64,000 nucleotides of DNA from a virus (taxonomy: Duplodnaviria > Caudoviricetes). Positions 8,709 through 18,030 of the stretch are shown piece after piece. Positions within the stretch are counted from its first letter, which is position 1, and every line of letters begins with the position of its first letter. Under the pieces are notes generated by a model. The model did not search any database and was not told where the DNA came from. It saw only the letters and a program-made list of their open reading frames with translations. The position numbers and the translations under genes were made by a program. The stretch spans positions 1 to 64,000 of the IMG/VR virus record IMGVR_UViG_2896201746_000001, one strand, 5' to 3'.

Positions 8709-11700
8709 GATCCATCTGCACGGCGCGCTGGGCAAGAAGTTCGGCCGGACCTTCACCTACGAGGTCCGCGACGCCGCCGAAGCGATCCGCGCGCTGATCG
8801 CCAATCATCCCGATTTCCAGCAGGAGTTCCGCAAGGGTTCCTACCGGCTGGTCCGTGGCCGGTACACCCGCACCGGCTTCCACCTGACGCCGGAGACCCT
8901 GCACTTCGGCCTCGGCAACGCCGACCTGCATATCATCCCGGCCCCGGCTGGCTCCAAGCGTGGCGGCGGCAAGGCGATCCTTGGCGCGGTCGTCATGGCC
9001 GTGGCCGTGGCCGGCGCTCTCTACACGGGCGGCGGCTCCCTGGCGCTCGGCGGGGAAGCGTTCGCCGTTGCCGGCTATTCGGTCAGTTGGGGGTCGATCG
9101 CCCTGTTCGGCGCGACGATGCTGCTGTCGGGCGTCAGCCAGATGCTGACGCAGACGCCCAAGGCCAACACCGTCGCCACCAACGCCAGCTATCTCTTCTC
9201 CGGCCCGGTCAACAGCACCGAGCAGGGCGATTCCGTCTCCCTGATCTATGGCGACTGCTGGGTCGGCTCGACGGTCATCTCGTCGGGCATGGACAGCGAC
9301 CAGACCGGGTCGAACTCGGCCATCGCCACCCAGACGACCACGGCCGTCAGCCCGCCGGCCACCGGCTCCAAGCCGATCGAGGGCGAGAAGGGCGGCGGCA
9401 AGTCGGGCGGCTCGTCCGGGGCGACTGAAGATCCGAACAGCCTGCAGTCGAAGGCGAAAGCGCGCGTGATCGACCTGCTGGGCGAGGGCGAGATCGTCGG
9501 CCTCGTCGACGGCGCGAAGAGCATCTACTTCGACGGCGTGCCGCTGGTCGGCCCGGACGGCAAGACGAATTTCAACGGCGTCGAGTGGGTTGAGCGTACC
9601 GGCCTGCCGAGCCAGGACTTCATTCCTGGCTTCCCGGCCGCCGAAACCACCGTCTCGGTCGGCGTCGACGTGAAGACGTCGGTCGGGCCGGTGACGCGCA
9701 CGATCTACGACGCCGACGTCAACGCCGCCCGCGTCGCCCTGCGCTGGAACGCCATCACCGAGCAGGACACCAAGAACGGCAACCTGCACGGCTCCAGCGT
9801 CCGCTTCACCATCGAGGTGCGGGCGGCGAACCGGGGCTGGCAGACGGCCATCGACGACACCGTCACCGGCAAGACGACCAGCACCTACGAGCGCAGCTAT
9901 CGCCTCGATCTGGCTGCCTACGGCAGCGCGCCCTACGACATCCGCGTCACCCGCGTCACGCCCGACGCCACCGCGACGTCCGTCCAGAATGCCTTTTCCT
10001 GGGCCTACTACACCGAGATCATCGACGCCAAGTTCGAGTACCCGAACTCGGCACTGATCGCGCTCAAGGTCAATGCCGAGGAGTTTGGCAGCTCCGTCCC
10101 GGCCCGGGCCTATCACGTCAAGGGCCTGAAGATCAAAGTGCCGGCCAACTACAATCCGGTGGCCCGCACCTATGCCGGCGAGTGGGATGGCAGCTTCAAG
10201 GTCGCCTGGACGAACAACCCGGCCTGGGTGCTTTACGACCTGCTGACGAACACCCGCTACGGCCTCGGCAAGTCGATCCCGGAGTCGGCCGTCGACAAGT
10301 GGTCGCTCTACTCGATCGCCCAGTATTGCGACGGTCCGGTGAAGAGCGGGGAGCTGGACAGCACCGGCGCGGACGTCATGGAGCCGCGCTTCACCTTCAA
10401 CGGCGTCATCTCCGGCCGCACCGAGGCCTACAAGGTCATCCAGTCGATCGCCTCGACCTTCCGCGGCCTGGTCTTCTGGTCGGCCGGCGGCGTGCTGGCG
10501 CGGGCCGACATGCCGAACGATCCGATCAAGCTCGTCACGCCGGCCAACGTCATCGACGGCAAGTTCACCTATTCCGGCACCGCCCTGAAGGCCCGCCACA
10601 CCGCGGCGCTCATCACCTTCAACGATCCCGACGACGGCTACCGCTCGGCCATCGAGATCGTCGAGAACCCTGAGATGGTGCGGCAGTACGGCTGGCGGCA
10701 GACGGAGGCGACGGCCTACGGCTGCACCCGGCGCAGCCAGGCCCGCCGGCTCGGCCTGTGGATGCTCGACAGCGAGCAGAACGAGACCGAAACCGTCACC
10801 TACCAGTGCTCGTTCGACCATCTCGACGTGATGCCCGGCGATGTCGTCAAGGTCGCCGATCCGGCCTGGGCCGCCGTGCGCATGGGCGGCCGTCTGCGCG
10901 CCTATGACGATGCCCAGCAGGTCGTGACGCTCGACGACACGGTGACGCTGGAAGCCAGCCAGAGCTACGTCCTGGCGATCACGCTGCCGGACGGCCGGCT
11001 CGTCGACTGCCCGGTGCGCCGGCCGACACCGGACAGCCACACCACCGATCAGCTCGCCATCGACGCCGGCCCGCTCGCCGGCGCGGTGCCGCAGCCGAAT
11101 GCCGTCTGGATCCTGACCGCGACCAATCTCGCGCCGCGCCTGTTCCGCGTGCGCGCCGTCGTCGAGAAGTCGCGCGGCATCTACGAGATCACCGCACTGC
11201 TGCACGACCCGGCCAAGTATGCCCGCGTCGAGAACGGCGTGCAGCTCGTCCAGACCGCGACGCAGGCCGTCAACAGCATCGCAGCGCCGGCCGATCTGAG
11301 CGCCGTCGAGAGCGTCTATTGGGTGAACGGCCTGCCGCAGGCCCGGCTGACCGTGAGCTGGTCGACCAGCGCCGACGCCCGCATCTCCGGCTATCGCGCC
11401 TATGTGCTGACGCCGGGTGGCCAGTGGCAGGAATGGCAGGTCACGCGCACCTGCGGCTTCGACGTCGAGCCGGCGGCGGAGGGCCAGTACACCATCCGCG
11501 TCCTGGCCGTCACCTACGACAACCGGCGCTCGCAGCCCGCCGAGATCAGCGTGCAGGTCAAGGGCAAGGGCACCCCGCCCGGCCAGCCGCAGGGCCTGGT
11601 CGCCACCGGCGGGCTGCGCCAGATCGCTCTGACCTGGGTGAACCCGTCCGACACCGACCTGTCCTACATTGAGGTGCTGGAGGCGGAGACGAACGACCTC

Positions 11701-13269
11701 TCGACCGCGACCGTCATCAACACGGTCAAGGGCAATGCGTTCGTGCGCACGGGCCTGGGCGGCTTGGTGACGCGCTATTACTGGGTCCGCGCCGTCGATC
11801 TTGCCGGCAACACCGGCGACGTCAATTCCAACATCGGCACCGGAGCGACGACCGCCCAGCTCTCGCACGACGATCTGGTCGATCAGGTCATCTCGCAGTC
11901 GAAGCTCGTGCCGATCCTGCAGCAGAAGATCACCGGCATCGAGAAGATCGCCGAGGCGGTCGCCGGCGGGCTGGTGCGGATCAACGACAGCTACGGCCGC
12001 ATCAAGCAGGAGATCGGCCGGCGCGAAAGCGATGTCGCCGAGGTCAAGACCGACGTCCAGCAGCTCCAGGACGACACGCAGTCGCTCACCAGCCAGATCA
12101 CGACCGTCACCGCGCAGTTCGACGGCCAGATCGCCGGCGTGAAGGAGGAGTTGACGGCGCTGGCGACGGCCGACGAGACGACGGCCAAGCGCATCGACAC
12201 CGTCGTCGCGACCTTTGGCAACAACCTGGCTGGCCTTCAGAGCCAGCTCACTGCGACCACGAGCGCGACCCAGGCCAACGCCGAGCGCATCGACAGCGTC
12301 GTCGCGAGCTTCGGTCAGACCCTGGCCGGCCACGACAGCCGCATCACCGCGGTTGCCGATGCCAATGGCGCGCTGACGACGCGGGTCGACAGCCTGGGGG
12401 CGAGCGTCGACGGGGTGAAGTCCGGCCTGACCAGCGAGCAGACCGCCCGCGCGAACGCCGACGGCGCGCTGTCCCAGCGCATCGACAGCCTCAACGCCTC
12501 GCTCGGCAGCGTCTCGGCCTCCCTGCAGACCGAGATCACCGCCCGCGCAAACGCCGACGGCAGCCTTTCCCAGCGCGTCGACACGCTCAACAGCACGGTC
12601 GGCGGCTTCTCGACGTCGATCCAGCAGATCGCCTCGACCACGAACGGGCTGGCCGCGCAGTACACCGTCAAGATCGACAACAACGGCTATATCTCCGGCT
12701 TCGGCCTCGCCAGCTATGACCGTGGCACCGCCGGCCGGGTCAGCGAGTTCGTCGTGCGCGCCGACAACTTCATCGTCGGCACGCCGGGAGTCTCGGCCGA
12801 CTACCCGTTCGTCATCGGCACGGTGAACGGGCAGACGCGCGTCTCGATGTCGACGGCGTTCATCCAGGATGCCTCCATCGACGCTGCCAAGATTCGCGAT
12901 GCGACGATCAGCCGGGCAAAGATCCAGGATCTGACGATCAACGGCCAGAAGATCGAGGACTTCGCGACCTCGAACATCTCGGCCGCCACAGGCAAGGAGT
13001 CCGCGACGGTCGGGCTAAGCACGACCGGAAAGCGCGTGTTGCTGATCGCTTGTCGGGGTTGGCTCGTAAGGTACGTCAACTCGTTCGGCGAGAGCAATCA
13101 GGAATACTATAGATGGCAGATACTCTCCCAAGTGTGGGTGGAGCAGCCCGGGCCTGGCTGGAACATCTGGACGACTGCAAACGCTGACACCGGGAATTAC
13201 GGCGGCTTCGACATTATCGGCTACAACAGCATGTTCGCTTCAATTGCCGCCCTGGAGTTGCGGAAATGA
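8701..13269 (+). CDS. Fused tail protein I plus central tail fibre J
   Basis: N-terminus is gpI-like (IHLHGALGKKFG..YLFSGPVN..LIYG); no stop before gpJ-like GGGK..LQSK..DLLGEGEI; NNPAWVLYDLLT, FN3 repeats, coiled-coil tip. Confidence 0.9.
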   Translation: MAKIHLHGALGKKFGRTFTYEVRDAAEAIRALIANHPDFQQEFRKGSYRLVRGRYTRTGFHLTPETLHFGLGNADLHIIPAPAGSKRGGGKAILGAVVMAVAVAGALYTGGGSLALGGEAFAVAGYSVSWGSIALFGATMLLSGVSQMLTQTPKANTVATNASYLFSGPVNSTEQGDSVSLIYGDCWVGSTVISSGMDSDQTGSNSAIATQTTTAVSPPATGSKPIEGEKGGGKSGGSSGATEDPNSLQSKAKARVIDLLGEGEIVGLVDGAKSIYFDGVPLVGPDGKTNFNGVEWVERTGLPSQDFIPGFPAAETTVSVGVDVKTSVGPVTRTIYDADVNAARVALRWNAITEQDTKNGNLHGSSVRFTIEVRAANRGWQTAIDDTVTGKTTSTYERSYRLDLAAYGSAPYDIRVTRVTPDATATSVQNAFSWAYYTEIIDAKFEYPNSALIALKVNAEEFGSSVPARAYHVKGLKIKVPANYNPVARTYAGEWDGSFKVAWTNNPAWVLYDLLTNTRYGLGKSIPESAVDKWSLYSIAQYCDGPVKSGELDSTGADVMEPRFTFNGVISGRTEAYKVIQSIASTFRGLVFWSAGGVLARADMPNDPIKLVTPANVIDGKFTYSGTALKARHTAALITFNDPDDGYRSAIEIVENPEMVRQYGWRQTEATAYGCTRRSQARRLGLWMLDSEQNETETVTYQCSFDHLDVMPGDVVKVADPAWAAVRMGGRLRAYDDAQQVVTLDDTVTLEASQSYVLAITLPDGRLVDCPVRRPTPDSHTTDQLAIDAGPLAGAVPQPNAVWILTATNLAPRLFRVRAVVEKSRGIYEITALLHDPAKYARVENGVQLVQTATQAVNSIAAPADLSAVESVYWVNGLPQARLTVSWSTSADARISGYRAYVLTPGGQWQEWQVTRTCGFDVEPAAEGQYTIRVLAVTYDNRRSQPAEISVQVKGKGTPPGQPQGLVATGGLRQIALTWVNPSDTDLSYIEVLEAETNDLSTATVINTVKGNAFVRTGLGGLVTRYYWVRAVDLAGNTGDVNSNIGTGATTAQLSHDDLVDQVISQSKLVPILQQKITGIEKIAEAVAGGLVRINDSYGRIKQEIGRRESDVAEVKTDVQQLQDDTQSLTSQITTVTAQFDGQIAGVKEELTALATADETTAKRIDTVVATFGNNLAGLQSQLTATTSATQANAERIDSVVASFGQTLAGHDSRITAVADANGALTTRVDSLGASVDGVKSGLTSEQTARANADGALSQRIDSLNASLGSVSASLQTEITARANADGSLSQRVDTLNSTVGGFSTSIQQIASTTNGLAAQYTVKIDNNGYISGFGLASYDRGTAGRVSEFVVRADNFIVGTPGVSADYPFVIGTVNGQTRVSMSTAFIQDASIDAAKIRDATISRAKIQDLTINGQKIEDFATSNISAATGKESATVGLSTTGKRVLLIACRGWLVRYVNSFGESNQEYYRWQILSQVWVEQPGPGWNIWTTANADTGNYGGFDIIGYNSMFASIAALELRK

Positions 13270-13721
13270 CTGTTACCGTCAAGAGATTTACTGTGCCGTC
13301 TGCGATGCCTACCAGCGCGCAGTCTTTTGCGGTCCTGAGCGGCGACACCGAGATCAGCCTCGTCTTCTATCGGCCGAACAGCGGCGAGATCGTTCAGGTC
13401 GCCGGATGCGGCCCAGCCGAGCTGGCGTTCTTCCAGTTGCCGGGCTGCGCGCGGCTACAGGCAAAGGCCGATCCGAAGAGCGACTATGTCGATCTCTCCG
13501 GCCCTGCGCCTGTCGTGCGCGCCCGGCCCGAGATTGAGCACCTCGGCGCGCTGCCGATCCCGGCGACCGTCACTATCGCCTGCCGCACCACCGGCGCGAC
13601 CAGCACCTACACGGTCGAGGACGGCAGCTTCGAGTACGACGATCTGCCCGGCGTCTATGACGTCCACGTCAGCGCTTGGCCCTATCACGACGCCCACTTC
13701 GTCCTGGAGATCACACCATGA
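13266..13721 (+). CDS. Hypothetical tail-associated protein
   Basis: 151 aa, ATGA overlap with J, tail region. Confidence 0.65.
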   Translation: MTVTVKRFTVPSAMPTSAQSFAVLSGDTEISLVFYRPNSGEIVQVAGCGPAELAFFQLPGCARLQAKADPKSDYVDLSGPAPVVRARPEIEHLGALPIPATVTIACRTTGATSTYTVEDGSFEYDDLPGVYDVHVSAWPYHDAHFVLEITP

Positions 13722-13924
13722 AGGTGACGGCGACCCGCACCCGCGAGGAGATCGCGAAGCTGCGCGAGAAGGCCTACCTGGAGCGCTGGCCGGCCGCCCA
13801 GCAGCTTGAGGCGCTGCAGGACAAGCAGAACGGCGACGCGACGAAATGGGAGCGCATGCAGGCCGATTTCGCGGCGATCCGCGCCCTCTACCCCTACCCT
13901 GACACGCAGACCGAGGAGAATTGA
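13718..13924 (+). CDS. Small tail-associated protein
   Basis: 68 aa MKVTATRT..; ATGA overlap; R..AY...WP...QLEAL pattern common in tail-fibre accessory proteins. Confidence 0.6.
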   Translation: MKVTATRTREEIAKLREKAYLERWPAAQQLEALQDKQNGDATKWERMQADFAAIRALYPYPDTQTEEN

Positions 13925-13926
13925 AG

Positions 13927-16900
13927 ATGGCCGGCTGGTATCGGCAGGGCACCGTCACCCTCACCCAGGGATCGGCCGCTGTCACCGGCAGCGGTACGCT
14001 CTGGCTGGGCGCTGTGCGCGACGGCTCTACATTCACCACTGATTATAAGACGCTTTACGAGGTCGTCTCTGTCAGCGGTGATGGCTCTTTGACCCTCGAC
14101 CGCCCCTGGGAGGGCGCGAGCGTCAGCGCCGGCAGCTACGCCGTCATCTTCGCCTCCGAGACGATCTCGAACGCGGAGCTGGTCGCCGAGATCGCGACCA
14201 TGGTCGCGAAGTGGGCGCAGCGCGAGGATCAGTACGACGATTGGATCGGCGGCGATCCGCACGGCGGCCCCAACGGCGACGGCCGTTATCCGCTGACCGA
14301 CAGCAAGGGTGTCACCCGGCTCGTCGAAAGCCCGGCCCTGCTGCTCCAGCTTCTTGACGACGGCACGGCCGATAACGCAGCCCGGATCATCGCCGCGATT
14401 GAGGACGATGTCGCGACGGCGCGGCAGGCCGCCACCGACGCCGCCGCGGCCATCGCCGTCGTCCAGACCGACCGGCAGGCCGTCTCGGCAGCAGCGGCAA
14501 CCGTCGCGACGAACCTGAATGTCACCACCGAGGCGGCGCAGACAGCCACCTCGCAGGCGAACATCGCCACCCTGCGGGCGAACGACGCCAGCGCCAGCGC
14601 CCAGGCCGCAGAAGACGCCAAGACGTCGGTGGACGCGACCTGGGTCTCGATCCAGGCTGCCCGCGACACCACGCTTGCCGCCAAGGAGACGGCCGTCTCG
14701 TCGGCCGACACCGCGACCAGCGCCCGGAACGTGAGTGTTGCGGCGCGCGACACGGCCGTCGGTGCGAAGGATACGGCCGTCTCGGCGAAGACCGATTCCG
14801 AGGCGGCGCGCGATCTGGCGAAGGCTTGGGCGACGAAGACGGACGGCCCGGTGTCGGGGACGCTGAAGTCGGCGCTGGCCTACGCTCTTGATGCCTCCTC
14901 CCAGGCCACCACGGCGACGAACAAGGCGGCCGAGGCGGCAGCGAGTGCTGCCGCCGCCCAGCAGTCGGCCTCCGATCTAGCCGCGGCCGTCACGTCCGCT
15001 CAGAGCAGCGCCAACAGTGCCAGCGCCAGCGCGCAGACCGCGACCGACAAGGCCGGGGCTGCCTCGCAGTTGGCCGATGCCGCCGGCACGTCGGCCGCGA
15101 CCGCAACATCTGCCGCCTCCGCGGCCGGCGCTGCCCAGGCCGCATCCGAAGCCGCGCGTGACACCGCCGTCGCCCAGGCTGGCATTGCCACGGCCGCGGC
15201 ATCGCAGGCCGCCGATAGCCAGACCAACGCCGCCAACAGCGCCCAGACCGCAGCCGCCGCGGCTGCCGACGCGATCTCCGCCAAGAGCGACGCGACGAAC
15301 GCCCGCGATCTCGCCGTCTCGGCGAAGGATTCGGCCGTCAGCGCGAGGGATCTGGCGCAGGCCTTCGCCAATGCCGGGGCCGGCTATCAGGTTACGCCCG
15401 GCACCTACTCGGCCTACCACTGGTCCGAGCAGGCCCGCGCCTATGCCCAGCAGACCGCGAACATCGTCGGCGGCACGAACTTTGGCATCATCGGCGACGG
15501 CACGACGGCTCGCTTCACTGCGAGCGGCCCGGGCGCGATCCTGAACCTCGTCCAGGGTGCCGGCGCGAAGCTCACCTACAACCCGAGCGCCTGGTCCGTC
15601 AGCTTCGGCTTCGACTCCACCACCGCGCCGATCACCGCGATCAGCGGCATGGCCGCGACAACGGTCCAGGGTGCCGTCGCCGAGCTGAAGAGCCGGATCG
15701 ACAGTGCCTCCTCGATCGGCAAGGCCGGCGGCCTCGTCTCGGTCGACGATGACGGCGACGTCGTCCTGGCCCCGGCTGCCGGCAAGGTCGCGTTCTACAA
15801 CGGCAGCGAGATTCACACCGTCGCCAGCGCCTACAGCAAGGCACAGACCGACGCGGCAATCGCGGCCGGCACTGCGGCGAAGGCCGTGCGCTTCGCCAAC
15901 GCGATGACCCTCTCGCTGACGGGCGGCGTGACGGGGTCGATCATCTTCGACGGCGCAAGCCCGTCCGTGTCCATGGGAACCACCGTTGCGTCGGTCCCGG
16001 CTTCGGCGATTACCGGCACCATCAGCCTCTCGAACCTGCCGGCCGGCGCGCTGGAGCGCCTCGTCGTCGTTGCCAATCAGGCCGCGCGCTATGCCCTGAC
16101 GACCGCCACCGTCCAGCTCGGCGACACGGTCAAGGAGTCGGATACGGGCCGGATGTTCTACCTCAAGAACGAGGCGAGCATCGGCAGCGCGGCCGGCTGG
16201 GAGGAGTATTCGGTCGGATCGGCCGCGAGCGTCCCCTGGACCGGCATTACCGGCCGGCCCACCACGCTGTCCGGCTTCGGCATCACCGACGGCCAGCCGC
16301 TAAATCCGCTGCTGACCGCGATTTCCGCGCTCGACGCAAGCAACGGCGTCCTGGTACAGACCGGCTCCGGCGCTGCGGCCAAGCGCGCGATCGGCGTGGC
16401 GACGGCGACGGACATTCCCGACCGGGCCGCGGCCGACGGGCGCTATGCGCAGCTCGGGGCCAACAACACCCTCACCGGAACCCTGCGCATCCAGAACTCG
16501 TCGTGGGAGGCTATCCACGTCGAGAACGCCGGCGGGACCAAGTACGCCTTCCTGGGCTGGAACGATACCAACGGCTACGGCCGCCTCGGCGCATACGGCG
16601 CGAGCGCTTGGCAGAACTTCGCCATCTCGGAAGGCGGCTCGCTGACGGCTATCGGTACGACCACGATGCCGACCGGCGGGGCTAAGCTGAATGTCGCGAC
16701 CGGCATCCAGATCGACAACAACAATGTCTGGCACGCCGGCAACTTCACGCCCTCGTCCAAGCTCGACGCAGCCAATCCTGTCATGCAGGGCGCGCTGAGC
16801 CGTACCGGCGGCACGGCCCCGGCCTACTACATGAGCCAGGACGGCATGGGCCGTCAGCACTGGTACTGGAACACGGCCGGCGGCACAGCGCCCACCTTCT

Positions 16901-18030
16901 CGGTCGCCGGCGAAGACGCGATGGACATCGGCATGTCCGTCAGCAACGACGGTGTCAACGGCCCGCAGTTCTGGTTCCGCGGCGCGCACGGCAACGGCAA
17001 GGCAGCCGGAGCGTCGTTCACCTGGTCGAACATCCTCTACGCCAGCATGACGACGTTCCAATGGATGGGGAACACCGTCTGGCACGCCGGCAATTTCAAC
17101 CCAGCCAGCTATGCTCCGCTGGGAGCGGCCAACTCCTTCACCGGCAAGCAGAAGATCACCGGCAGCGGCACGACGTTGCCCGCCGCGACCGGCATTGCCG
17201 CTCAATCCAGCGACACCGGTGGCCTGGAAATCTGGTCGCAGGGCACAGGCACGACAGCCGGTGCCGCCTTCATGTCGTTCCATCGCCCGGGTTCCTACGC
17301 CATTCATCTCGGCTTGGACACCGACAACAGGTTGAAGGTCGGCGGCTGGTCGATGGGTGCCAATGCCCACGAGATTTGGCACGCCGGCAACGCTCCGATC
17401 AGCACGGGAGCTACGGCCAGCACTGTCGTAATGCGCGGCACAGATGGCCTGATCGCTTCGACCGGCCTCGTTGCGTCCGACGGCCAGATCCTCCAGCTCG
17501 GCGGCGGGCAGACCGCGCAGTATCCGCAGCAGGTTCAGATCGCCGAAAGCACGCACGCCACCTCGCGCCGCTCCGGCATCGGGATCGGCGGCTGGATACT
17601 CGCAAGCGACACGGCAGGCAGCGGCACCCGGGATTTCGGCGTCTGGTCGATGGCGCTCAGCGCCTGGGTGATGAGAGTCATCACCATCGGCGCGGTGATC
17701 TTCTACAAGGCCGTCCGCGGTGCAGCCGTCACGCTTACCGACGCCGCCACCATCACCCCGGATTTCGCAGCCGGCAACTACTTCAAGGTCACGCTCGCCG
17801 GCAACCGCGTGATGAGCTTCCCAGCCAATGTCGGCGACTGCCAGGGCGGCAGCATCTGGATCATTCAGGACAGCACCGGCTCGCGCACCCTGTCCTTCGC
17901 GGCCGGCTGGAAGTTCGACGGCGGAGCCGCGCCATCGCTGTCCACCACTCCCGGCGCAATTGACCGGCTCGACTATGTCGTGCGCGACAGCGGCGCAATT
18001 GAGGCGGTTCTGCATAAGGACGTCAAGTAA
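13927..18030 (+). CDS. Side/long tail fibre protein
   Basis: WYRQGTVTLTQGSAAVTGSGTLW N-terminal anchor; Ala/Ser/Thr coiled coil; three (V/I)WHAGN fibre repeats; GAGGAG RBS. Confidence 0.88.
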   Translation: MAGWYRQGTVTLTQGSAAVTGSGTLWLGAVRDGSTFTTDYKTLYEVVSVSGDGSLTLDRPWEGASVSAGSYAVIFASETISNAELVAEIATMVAKWAQREDQYDDWIGGDPHGGPNGDGRYPLTDSKGVTRLVESPALLLQLLDDGTADNAARIIAAIEDDVATARQAATDAAAAIAVVQTDRQAVSAAAATVATNLNVTTEAAQTATSQANIATLRANDASASAQAAEDAKTSVDATWVSIQAARDTTLAAKETAVSSADTATSARNVSVAARDTAVGAKDTAVSAKTDSEAARDLAKAWATKTDGPVSGTLKSALAYALDASSQATTATNKAAEAAASAAAAQQSASDLAAAVTSAQSSANSASASAQTATDKAGAASQLADAAGTSAATATSAASAAGAAQAASEAARDTAVAQAGIATAAASQAADSQTNAANSAQTAAAAAADAISAKSDATNARDLAVSAKDSAVSARDLAQAFANAGAGYQVTPGTYSAYHWSEQARAYAQQTANIVGGTNFGIIGDGTTARFTASGPGAILNLVQGAGAKLTYNPSAWSVSFGFDSTTAPITAISGMAATTVQGAVAELKSRIDSASSIGKAGGLVSVDDDGDVVLAPAAGKVAFYNGSEIHTVASAYSKAQTDAAIAAGTAAKAVRFANAMTLSLTGGVTGSIIFDGASPSVSMGTTVASVPASAITGTISLSNLPAGALERLVVVANQAARYALTTATVQLGDTVKESDTGRMFYLKNEASIGSAAGWEEYSVGSAASVPWTGITGRPTTLSGFGITDGQPLNPLLTAISALDASNGVLVQTGSGAAAKRAIGVATATDIPDRAAADGRYAQLGANNTLTGTLRIQNSSWEAIHVENAGGTKYAFLGWNDTNGYGRLGAYGASAWQNFAISEGGSLTAIGTTTMPTGGAKLNVATGIQIDNNNVWHAGNFTPSSKLDAANPVMQGALSRTGGTAPAYYMSQDGMGRQHWYWNTAGGTAPTFSVAGEDAMDIGMSVSNDGVNGPQFWFRGAHGNGKAAGASFTWSNILYASMTTFQWMGNTVWHAGNFNPASYAPLGAANSFTGKQKITGSGTTLPAATGIAAQSSDTGGLEIWSQGTGTTAGAAFMSFHRPGSYAIHLGLDTDNRLKVGGWSMGANAHEIWHAGNAPISTGATASTVVMRGTDGLIASTGLVASDGQILQLGGGQTAQYPQQVQIAESTHATSRRSGIGIGGWILASDTAGSGTRDFGVWSMALSAWVMRVITIGAVIFYKAVRGAAVTLTDAATITPDFAAGNYFKVTLAGNRVMSFPANVGDCQGGSIWIIQDSTGSRTLSFAAGWKFDGGAAPSLSTTPGAIDRLDYVVRDSGAIEAVLHKDVK

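Noticed and set aside
8584-12333. 1249-aa minus-strand ORF and similar long antisense ORFs (3782-5458, 34068-35942, 47835-50144, 53831-56485, 59954-62140)
   Set aside because: Shadow frames of GC-rich genes; no motifs, and they lie opposite well-supported genes
14031-14081. Two possible 16-bp boxes inside the tail fibre gene
   Set aside because: TCTCTGTCAGCGGTGA and a weaker neighbour resemble the consensus but are intragenic; not counted without a PSSM score
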